Source of the DNA: Bugula neritina
Lineage: Eukaryota; Animalia; Bryozoa
Reading direction: 5' to 3'
NCBI GenBank assembly: GCA_964035545.1
Contig: OZ037768.1
Coordinates: 13,649,675 to 13,713,674 of the forward strand
Length of the DNA stretch: 64,000 nt
This document shows positions 41,001 through 53,000 of this stretch, in pieces. Positions within the stretch are counted from its first letter, which is position 1; every line of letters begins with the position of its first letter. A model generated the notes under the pieces. It saw nothing but the letters and a program-made list of their open reading frames with translations, was not told the origin of the DNA and made no database searches. A program made the position numbers and the translations under genes.

Positions 41001-44000
41001 TATTGCATATCTTTTGTTTAAAGTGCATTAAATATGGTAATAATGATTGATGGTTTTTTCTTTTATTAATTGTGTCATACTTATGTTTTTAAAATTGTAG
41101 TCATATTCATATTCCATTTTAAAACTTACAGCACATTTTTTGTTGTACAGAAAGCTTTAAAAGAAAAAGAAGAGCATATAGAACAGTTGATTCGGGAGCG
41201 AGAGTTGGAGCGAACTGAAGTGTTTAAAACATCTATACAGAAAGAGGAGGTCAGTTGATTAGATCTGTCATGCATTGTATCAGCACATATTTTAGTTATA
41301 TGTAATGTCAACTGTTGGAGCTGTTTGACTTCTAAGCTTTGGTATTTTATTGGGTACTTAATATTACTATCGAGTAGATATGCTTATTTTTTGCACTATT
41401 GTGTCATTTTTATGATTTACAGGAGGCTAACAAAGCTCTGGAGGTATATTTAACCTGTGATTTAGGTGCTATTTTTAACCGCATGAGCTCAAGTTTTCTA
41501 ATAAACTGACATTTATTGACCCTATTGTGATTTTGATATATAGAGGTTAGAATAGTGTGTGCTGCCTTTTATACAGACGGATTTTATCTTCCATAATAAT
41601 TGTTTCTAAAGAGTTTTATTGATTTAATTGAATTCCCTAAATCTGATATATCTTGATTGCTTGAATACTAAAACAAGTAATTGTTGCTTTTTCAATATTG
41701 TAAACAAGTTCATCTTTTGAATTCTTCTAAATTTACATTGCAGCAAGTGTTTTAAATGGCTAAAAGTGTTAGATGATTTATGAAGATAAATTCACAAGAT
41801 TTTGAAATTTCAATAACACAAGCTTCGTGTAACTAGGTTGTGTGTACATGCGCGTGTGTGTGTGTGATTTTTGTTCATTTCTCTCTCTTCACAATTATTT
41901 CTGGACCATAACAACCTTAAACATGTATGCACTATGCTCACAACTCATTTTGTTATCTTTTAGCTGGAGGAAGAATTGAACAAGACTAAGGTAGAGTTTG
42001 AAAACGTAGCTTTGGATGCAGACTTTAGAGTTAACGAGCTTGAGCTCAAGGTGGAAAACTTACAAGAGGAGAAAAAGGAGCTGGAACTAAGTCTAGCAGA
42101 GCAAAAAACGTGAGTTAGAATTTGTATTTTCCTGTTTGTAAATAAAATACATTTTTAATATGTCACATCGATGTTCTCTGTTCTCCAATAACAATATCTG
42201 CAGTTGGTTAATACTTTGTTCCTCTCTTCAAATTTCCTAGTCAATATGAACGGTAAGTTAGATCTCTCATATATTTCCGCAGTCACTAACTGGGAACTGT
42301 TGCATGCTATAGTTTTTAACCTCTAATAATTTAACAAGGTCATATTCACAATGATTCAAAGTAAATTGCATGCCTACGCAGTCGGTATCTGGGTACATGT
42401 CACCAGCTCCTGTGTGCGTGTATAGTTGAGAGCCACAGAAGGATGGTAAAGATATTATGTATGATTTTTCATAAAATATGCTTCTGGGTGCTAATTTGCT
42501 TTTATTAACATTTCAAGCTCGTCTTCCAAATGTTGCTGTTTTGCTTACGTTTTTTGTGGTAAAACAATTATTTCTTATTTGTAACTAGAAAATTGGAAGA
42601 CTTGCAGTTTCAGATGGAGGAGGAGGCTATTTCTCGCAGTGACCAGGTATTTAATTTGACAATTTTAGTTTGAATTAGCAAAATTTTCTGCTGAACTTGT
42701 AGTTTTGGAATTGCTGTTATTATAATTAAGATATTACATTGTGTACGTGAGTGTGTGATGTTATCCTACTTGTTGACTGAAAAAACTCAGTTTATTTTGT
42801 AGTCTGATGCTAGTAATCTTACAGAAGAACTAGATAAACTGAAGGCTGAGCTAAAAGCAGGAAATGAAACCAATAAGTCATTAATAGACCAAGTGTCTAA
42901 GCTGCAGGTATGCATTTCTTCAAGTACATGATGTACTGATATTCTGTGTGCTTTTCGTACTATTCAAGTTTTCTATTTTTTCAATTGTTTTGTCTAAACA
43001 TATTTTTTGTATTTTGTTTTTAGTCAAGTTTATATATTGAATTGTTTTTGTTATTAGAGAGATTTAGATGTGAACATCAATGAGCTGACCGGTGCTCAGT
43101 CACAAGTTGCAGATCTGCAAAGTCAGATCTCTACAATGGAGTCTGCATTAACTGTAGCTGAATCTAAACTAATCAGTCAAGAAAAAGGCAATGAAGATTT
43201 TGTTTCAAAGGTGACAATATTTAAAAAAAATTAAAGCATTAAGCGTGACAATTTGCCATCTACTGTGTCCATATATGTAATTAATTTTCATGCTTTTTTG
43301 TTTCTATTTTAAATGTGGCCAAGACACTGGTTTTTATATTTATTTAGACTGCAGAGCTGAACGCTCTGTTGGTGGAAAAAGATTCACTGATTAAAGCAAT
43401 TGAAGAAAATTCTAGTCAACTAAAAGGTCAAATTGATGAATTAGAATCGGAGACCAACTCTAACAAAGCTGCCATAAAGGGACTTGTGAGTTGTACAAAT
43501 ATTAGTCATGATAGCGTTGTTTGTTGTTAAGGTGTTTCTTAAACCAGTTTTGGGAAAAACACAGCATATGGTTCTTTTGAGTGAATAGAGTGTTCACTTT
43601 GCGTCTTTACCAATTTAGGGAAAGGCTTGCATTGTTTAGCACTTCATTCTATTTTGCTTTAGTAGCGCATAGTATAGATATTGCATATTATAGTCAAAAT
43701 ACATTTTTATAGCATTATTTAACAGCTAATAGCTTCATATGCATTACTCGTAAATTGATGAATGACTGTAAAAATGTAGCTAAACGCATTTTGGCTGGGA
43801 AAAATCTTTGTGTATTGACATTTTTATGTTGTTTTCTACTAAATATAAATTATACTTCTTATGGAAAGTTTGAAGTTTTCTTCACGGTGTTTATTGATAA
43901 ATATTAATGTGCTTAAGAATAAAAGCACATCCGTGTTTCAAACTTTGTAGGAAAGCGAGTTGAATGAGAGTAAACTCGAGAGCGCTAAGGCTAATGAGTA

Positions 44001-47000
44001 CAGAGCAAAGCTGGAGTCAGAGATGGAAGTTCTTCTTCAAGAAAAAGCTTCTCTAAATAGTTCACTTGCAGACACTAAGCTTCAAGTGTCTGGTGAGCAT
44101 CATAGTTCTGATATTACTTAAGGGCATACGAGATGCAATGTTTGTATGTCCTCACCATTATCTTTCTTGCTGCTACACCAAACGACCAGCTTACCACTTT
44201 TATACTCTTTTTACTACCTCCACGTGCCATGTTAACTATATTATGGTGTATTCTTCTTCACTGTATATTTAAACAGCTTTAAGTCGTCCTTATTTAGCAT
44301 TTAGCTCGACGTCTGGGAAATATTGTGTTGGCAGGGTCTGCCTATGTTAGATTCTACACCAGCTGTCTCAAGTGAAAAGTATCATATAGCTCGTTTGTAG
44401 TTTTGATATATTTTTTATCATTGCTAAGATTTCGCAATTTCTCAATTCCACTTATTCATTAGATTAGACTATACAAGTGTAGCACCTAACTATATTGTTT
44501 AGCAAGCGCCTTATGTTGTCTATACCATGCCTGGTGATAGGAATACAAAATATCGGAATGATTTTTTCTCAGCACCAATAGTAAATATTTACTGTAATCA
44601 TGTACGTATAATGATCAAAAAACTATATATTAGCTGCTAGTTTTATACACAAAATTCCGAAGATGTTCTCAGCTAATTAAATATATTATTATATACAGAT
44701 CTTCAAAGATCTCTGGAGACAAGTGAAGCTGCTAAGATGAATATTTCAGGTGAAAAGGCAAAATTGGTAAGCGATATCAGTCACGTATAGAGTTAGTCTG
44801 CTGTATTTTACTCAGTTTGTCTTTCTGAGTTTCTCTGTTTGATTGGCTCGGAGAATTGTCTGCTCAATAATTGTAGCAAGAGCACATAGATGATCTGATG
44901 AGGAATTCTGGGGACAGATCACAGCAACTAACCATGTTGAATGATGAGTTGAGAGAACGCGATAGGTTAGTGTTAGAGCATTATCTATCTGGTGGAGGGT
45001 GTGACATAAGATCGTCCCATTAGTTTAACTTTTTTAATACTGTAGTTCTTTGAGTGTGGTGTTTACTAGCACTGTGCTTCCTGTAAAACATACCCTGACA
45101 GGCTGTGTTTTAGTAATAGCCAAATTTCTATCTATGGGAAGGGTTTCCATGTATTTAACTGTAGATAAGACATGGCTGTGCAACCTGAATTCTTTACACA
45201 TTCCTTTTGTTGTAGGTTGTCTCCTAATACGATGTATTATTGTTGCCTGCGGGCTGCAATGCTTATTCATTTGTCTCTGCTTACATGTTCAATCGCAATA
45301 TGGATTGTAGATTATAAATCATCCAAATGATTTAAAAAATATTCACACTTTAAAAACCAGTTCCATTAAGCTTTGTGGTATAAAATGTTTCAACAGGCAT
45401 TACCCGTATACCTGTAGTGTGGTGTTTTCTGGTATTAAAAAGTTGACCTTAGCTAGTGAAAGAAAGTCATTTATGAAGACACTAATAAACTGATGAATTT
45501 TTACTTTTTGATTATTATTTGGCTTTTTAAGTAGCTACAATTTTTTTAATTTGAGTTCAAAAGTTGGTTTTTGTTGGATGCTTGTTCCATGCTTGTATAG
45601 TTTACAGGTAAGGCTAGTACTCTAATATTGCCATTTCCTTCACTGTAGATGGTGAAAGGCTCTTCCACTTTTACTCTTTTAAGCCCATTTGTCTACTTCA
45701 AGCTGTCGTTTAATCCTAAAAATAATATTTTGGTGTTGGTGCTTCATGTTAAAATATGCTAACAGGAAGTTGGAGTCGCTACAAGAATCTCTCTCTGGGG
45801 CCAACAATAATAATGAGAGACTACAGGAGGTTCTAAATAGAGTTAATGAAGACCACAAACTAGAGTTGTCTTCTCTGCACAGTCAACATGAGAAAGCGAT
45901 CACTCAGTTGAACTCTGACATACAAGAGCATGTAAGAAAAGTCTCAATAATTATATTCGATTTTGTAGTTGGCAGGCATACTGCATTTATGTAATTATTT
46001 TGGCTGTTTTAATTGGATTTTTAAAATGAATTATTGAAAATTAAACCCTTTGAATACATAATTATGTTATTGCTCTACTACTTTATATTTATTAAAAGTT
46101 ATTGCTTTCTAGGTGCAAAAAGGCTCTCTTTTGGAACAAGAACTTGAAACTCAGCGACAAGATCACCAGCAAAATATTCAGTCTATGAAATTGCAATTAG
46201 AGCAAAGTAAATCTGAGCTAGAAAAGCTCTCTGAGAAGAATGAGTCTTCTGCAAGTGAAAATCTAAAGAGCAAAGCGGAAATGGAAGAATTGCTTCAGCA
46301 GCTACAAAACTTTAAAATGCTGGTGGAAGAAAAAGAGAACTTGTTGCAAGAAGCTACAGTAAAAGCAGCCAATCAGGAGGGCAAAATCAGTCAGCTGGAA
46401 AATGACAAATCTTCCGCCCAGAAGCAATCAGCTCAACTGGTAAAATAATTTAAGATGTTTTTGTTTCTCTGCTGTATTCTTCTAAAACCTCTTCTCATTC
46501 ATTCAGTGCAGAGATATAGTAGAGTTAGTTATCTAGTCTAAACTCATGTTACCATGATAAGCTGTTGCATTGCATGCCTAATATGATTGCCAAATCTGTT
46601 CATTCTTTTGTTTAGTCCTTGTTGTGTTGCATGTTTTGTGCTATTGTATGATACTGTGGTTTTCTGCCGGTTAGCAAACAGAGCTGGAGGACATTAAATC
46701 TCATTCTGAGAAGCTATCTGTGCAGCTTACGGAATCTGAGTCAACGTTAGACAAAGTTTCTCAGGAAAAGCTAACTCTGGGTAATCAGCTTGGTGACCTT
46801 CAGCTGCAGCTTTCAGGTGGGTTTTTCGGTCATGGAAATGTTCATCTCTTGTCACCTGTGTCATGGAAATGTCAACTTAATTACACAACTGCTGGTCTGC
46901 TTGCAGATGTTCATCGAACTCTGGAGACCACTGAGTCAGCTAAGGCAACTCTGATTAGTGATAAACACAAATTGGTAAACTACATACAAACATCTTATAT

Positions 47001-50000
47001 TTATTTAGTTTGCTGTGTGCTGGTTTACTCTGCTGTACTGCGTGTACAATAAAATAAATTGCGCACATTTCATTCAGTTATTATCTGATCAAACTGTTTT
47101 CTACCTGGTAGGAGCTTCAGATTGATGATTTAGTGAAGAACTCTGGAGATAGCTCTCACCAACTGACTATGTTGAACGATGAACTGAAGGAAAACAATAA
47201 GTAAGACTTTTTACCCGTAATAGTAGCATATAAATATTAACTCTGCCACCTAATGTAAATTTCGAGAAATTATTTTTTCCATCTTGGCTGTTATTGAATT
47301 ATGTTTTATGTGGTTACAAATACTAAATTAAATGTTATTATAAAGTAATTTTGTTTCAAGCAAACCAACTAATTAATTAAAAAGTTTACATTTAAAAAGT
47401 AATACCATAAAATTTAGTCTTTGCAAAAATGTAATGATAAGTAAAAAAATCCCACTCACTAAAGTTTTACCGAACACTGTTCAAGCAGTAATATCCTTTT
47501 TTAAGTTGTAAATTATTTCAGAAAATTGGAATCACTACAAGAATCTCTGTCGGAGGCTAACAATAACAGTGAGAGGCTACAAGAAGTTCTTGACAGAGCA
47601 AACGAAGATCACAAAGCAGAGTTATCTTCTCTACACAGTCAACATGAAAGAATAACTACCCAATTGAAAGCTGATTTAGAAGAACAGGTAATTAATCAAT
47701 AATATTGTATAATTAAGTATTATACATCATTATGTGAGATATTGAATTAGTTTAAAAACTTTTATTGGTAATTTTTACTATGCGTTATTAAAATAAATTG
47801 TAAAATTTAATTTCAAGATAAGATGAAATTGTGATATAAATTCCTTGAAGCCAATAATATGGGATTTTTTAGCTAATGGATTTTCTAATGTTGTTTTTAT
47901 ACTGAAGCTACAAGAATGAAAAATTTTAGAATGACTCCATCCATGTGCATTTCAAATGATACTAAGCAAATTATGAGTAATGTGAATCAATTTCAAGGTC
48001 AAATTGCACGCCGATGGATATTTTTGCAAAATTAAATTTTCTATTTTTATAATTGCTGACCTAGCACCTGCTGTATTTGGTAAAAATTAGTTTTAATTAT
48101 GTATGTGTGCACAATTTCTCAAAATAGTTTAGTTGATGGGTGTACATTATTTTTGTTTGGGAGTATGCGTAGAAGTCCCAGTCAATCTTTTTGCAAGAAA
48201 TTGTTTGAAATTTTATCACCATCGAAGTAATTTCTACCAAGATGGTTTATGAGTTAATAACTTACATGTCAAAGTAGTGTTTGTCATTCTTTATACGCAG
48301 TTTTTCTAATTTGTAGTCGAATTTAGCATTGAATATTTGAATGTCAGTCTATTTATAATCTCAAGAAATTTATGTTGTCAAAATTAATCCTCTCTATGAC
48401 CTGCAGCTAGATGTAACGAGTTTAATGCAGACTCATAAATATTCAGAATTCCACATTTTATTCTGTTGCGTTATAATGGCTAATAAGTTAAAATAATTCT
48501 ATTTTCCAATTGTAGGAGTTGAAAAGAAAATCTTTAGAGACTGCTCACACTGAACAGTTAGATAAACTTCAAGAAGAGGTCAAGGTTTATAAGCAGAAGT
48601 CTGAAGAGACTGAGGCTACATTAGAGAGTAAATTAATTGAGTTGCATCGACTGGAAGATGACCTCAAAGAGTCCAAGTCTCAGCTTGAAGCATCCCTTTC
48701 TAAGGTTCTACTTATATCCTAAACCTTGGCAACAGTTTGAAAGATAATTAAATGATATTTGTGTGGTATTAAAATAATATCAATATTTTGATGTTAGATT
48801 AGCTGCAGTAATTACCAGATATTTTGTATATTGAAGTAAAACATTGTTGCATTAATGTATAATATTTCTAATGTTTTTCTTCAATGTTGACTAATAAGTA
48901 ATTTTAGGCTGAACAGTTGCAAATATCTTTGGATGAAAAAGAGTCTAGCATGCAGTCAGTAACTCAAAAGTCAGTTCAATTTGAGAATCAGCTCAGTCAG
49001 TTGCACAAAGAGTTGGAGTCAAGCCAAGCAAGCAGTGAGCAGTTGGTTAGTTATGTGAAGTCTTATACGTGTTTCACTTATTTATGTAATATAATTTAGT
49101 GAGAAATACGATGTATCTGTGGATTGTTGATATCCATTTTACACAGCATCATTCTAATAGAGTATGGACTTTGGTTGAATGTAGATAATCAGACATCATA
49201 TATAGTTGCCAGTGGGATTTTTTCAAGAATATTTTTACACTGTGTAACAGATTCTGAAAGTATTTAACTAATGGTATATACTATATTATCAACACAGCAA
49301 ACTAAGCTGGATCAAAGCATGGCCGACCAGCAAAAGATAACAGTAGAACTTACAGAGTTAAAGCAGGAACTAGAATCTGTCCATCAGGAAAAAGTCACTC
49401 TTTCTAAGGACTTAGGAGATGCCAGACTGCTTACAGCAGGTAAATCTGTTATTAGATTAACATATTGATAGATATGACTGGAAACACTATTTCTGTTTTT
49501 TGAATCTAAGTTTTTTAGAGCTTCTATTTATATAATATTTTGTTTTGTTTCAGATCTACAAAGACAGTTAGATACCGTGGAAGCTGCAAAAATTAATCTG
49601 GCTGATCAAAAATTAAAGCTAGTAAATATTTTTACCAAACCTATTATTCCAGTCTTTAAAAGGAAGTTTTGAGCTACTCTCAGGTCCTCTCATGGGTTTT
49701 CAAAACCTATTTCACTGTACAATTTTACCAAAGTATTGTATTTGTTATCATGTTCTCTTGTCCTCTTACTGTTGAAGGTTATCACTCTATTTACACTTTT
49801 CATACCATACTAAATCATATCATACTATATCATATCAAATCGTACTATATAATATTATACTGTATCATATCACAATGTATCATATCATCCTGTATCATAT
49901 ACTATATCATATCATCCTGTATCGTATCACACTGTATCATATCACACTATACTGTACAATATCATAACGTACTACAGGAACAACAAATTGATGCTCTAGT

Positions 50001-53000
50001 CAAGGACTCTGGCCAAAGCTCTCAGCAACTCTCCTCTCTCCACTCTGAACTGAAAGAAAAGGATTCGTAAGTCTGGGATTTACGTGTAAAATATGATGAC
50101 ATATATGATGCTCCATGAGCTATTCAATTTTTTTCGTTGTTTATTTATGTTGGTTTAATTTTTTGCTTTTATTTGAAGTTGGAGCCTGATGAAAATTTAT
50201 TTCAACTGTTACATTTTGTGTTGTAAGTGACTCCTTTAGTTCATCCATTATAAAGCTCTTGTCAAGCAGAATAATCTCTCCACACAATTAATAATACCCA
50301 AAGCTGATAATTTCCTCAAATGCTCTGTAGCATGGTTGTCAAATTTTATTGATATTGTTTTTGGGATGTATGTAAAATTGCTGTAGTAAATTGGAGTCAC
50401 TGCAAGAGTCTTTAGCTGAGGCTAATAACAACAATGAGAGACTACAAGAAGTGCTCAACAGAGCAAATGAAGATCACAAAGTAGAGTTGTCTTCACTACA
50501 CACTGAGCATGAAAAGACAACTACCCAATTGAAAGCTGATTTAGATGAATTGGTAAAACTTATACAAACGAAAAAATACCTGCAGCACTTTTTTGTTATT
50601 GTTTTGCATGTATTGTTGTGTTATAATTAAATTCTTTACAAAATAATTATAGCCCAGTTCTTTACTGCAAACTCTAGCAATACATTGTAGGAAGAGAAAA
50701 AGTCCTCTATGCAGAAAGAGTTTGTGTCACAAATTGAGATGCTACAGAGTAATGTTAACACTGAAAGAGAAATGTCAGAAACACTAAAAAAAGAGCTAAG
50801 TGAAACTAAAATAACACTTGATAAAGAAATAGAAAACAAAACAGTGAAGAGCAGTGAATTATTGCAACTGACAGAGTCACTCAAGACGCTGGAGGTTTGT
50901 TTCTTGTTAATAGCATAATAATAAGTCATCCCTAAATGAGTGACATGTTCTAGTAAGTACTATCAAGTATGGGCCAATGCTTTACAGTCAGATAATGGTT
51001 ATCAATTGTTATACTATAAATTCATGGCTCACTACAGAATGAAAAGAATGAGGCTCTAAAGCAAGTTGAGTTGCTGACAGCAGAACGCAATGCCTTGTCA
51101 TCACAGCTGACTGCAGATACGCAGAGTCTACAGTCGCTGCACAGTGAAGAAGTTTCTAAACTTAAACAAGATTTAGAAAACCTCACAGCTTCATTGACAC
51201 AAAGCCAACTTCTTTGTGAACAAACCAAATTGGTATGGTTATAATGCTTTCCTTTCCTATCCTTTCCTGCAAATTTTGCTCTTTTTATTTGCTGACGAGC
51301 TATTATTTTTAGGACTTCAATTTTAAAAGGTGAAATATATGGCACTCTAAATTGTTTGTCTGTTCTACACTTTATGTTGTTATAATTTTGTACTATTAAG
51401 CATCATGCATGTATATTTGCTATTATTGCTAGTAGACATAAAAAGAAATGTCAATATTAATGTCAAATTTTCTAGTGACTCACATTCATTGTAAATTAGA
51501 AAGAATATTTTCCAGGAATTTGAGTCAAAAGAAGAAGTCAGTCTATTAAGAAGTAGTTCCCTGGAAACCCAGGTTGGCGCTTTTAACATATACTACTTTT
51601 AGTAATGCTGGTTTTTAATAATGTTTTCTTCTATCTTAGGTATAACTATTCACTCTATGTGTCTATTGATTTTATGTTTGGGTATATTTGTTTGCAAAAG
51701 GAAATTTGCTTATACTATTTTACCCTGGGAGCACTGATGTAGGCCCTATTGCGCAACAAGGTGCTAGACTTCAATGTGATTCTTTCAGGTTTTGCATCAC
51801 TACAGTGTGAGAGTTTTTGAAAATGTTTTGTAGCTAAAAGAAAAGGATGTTGACTTGGAAAAAGTTAAATCTAGGTTTGATGATGAGTTAGAGGCAGTAA
51901 AAAAGGCTAGAGATGAGAGCATATTCGAGCTTGAAGAGCAGCTGTGAGTAATAAAATACAATCGTTGTACATTGTCAATTATTTTCTCTCATATTAATTA
52001 TGTTAGCAACGTAGGCTTTATATAGCCTGCAGCCCTGCACTACTAGAATGCAATGTATTTATCAGGTTATTACTCTTGCTCTGTTTTATTTAACTCTTTT
52101 TTTAAAATGGCTGTTGATTTAGAAAATGTAGATCTAAAAACTATGAGATGAGATATCAAGGTATTATGGGTATTATGGGTCCTTGTTACTATAGCATACT
52201 AATTTTCTAATGGTTGGACTTCTAGCGGTAGCAAAGCATTATTTTAATATATGTATCGTAGCATTTTATTTTTGTTGTTTGTACTATGCAATTAGTTAAT
52301 CACTAGAGATGTATTTCTCTAGAGTGGCAGCAAAATCAGACTTGGAAAAACTTGTGAAGCAAAGAGATGATGATTCTAAAGAGAAACATTCATTAGCGAA
52401 CCAAGTAAAAACTGTTCAATCACAACTCAGTGACTCGGAGAAAGCTCTGTCAGAAGTTGAAAAGAAGAACCGGCTGCTTGCTGAGGCTGTGGACAAAGCA
52501 AAAGAAGATAAAGACAAGCTGCAGAGCCAAGGTGCCAACCATTGTCATGCAATCCCAACTTGTAGCTTATGCCACATGTTATGGTTTAACATACTGCTTA
52601 GCTCGTGCTAGTAGTCAATAAACACTACAAGCATTGTTATTTCTTATTTTAGTCATGGAGTGTTGGTAGTTGGACATAGTAATACTAAAAAAGTGTTTTA
52701 TTTTTAAAGCACTTTTACATCTGCAAGTATATTGGTTGTTGTCCTTGTTTAATCACGCATAAAACGAGTTAAGTATATTATTTCTAGTATTTGAACTAGA
52801 AGAGTCAAGTCTACAGTTTTCTGGTCAACTTGAGTCAACAAAGAAAGAATATGCGGTTGCCACTAAGAAACTCAAGTCTTTAGATAAAGAGATGGAGAAA
52901 GCTTCAAAAAAGTGAGATATTTTAGAAGTTAGACATTAGCGATAATTGTTTGGCATTCACCTTTGTAGAGTGTTATGCTATTGTCTTAGGATTTGGCAGC

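Noticed and set aside
47940-48440. Possible DNA-transposon remnant in a CLIP1 intron (also ~16670-17180 and ~45000-45480)
   Set aside because: No TIR, TSD or coding motif could be identified by eye.
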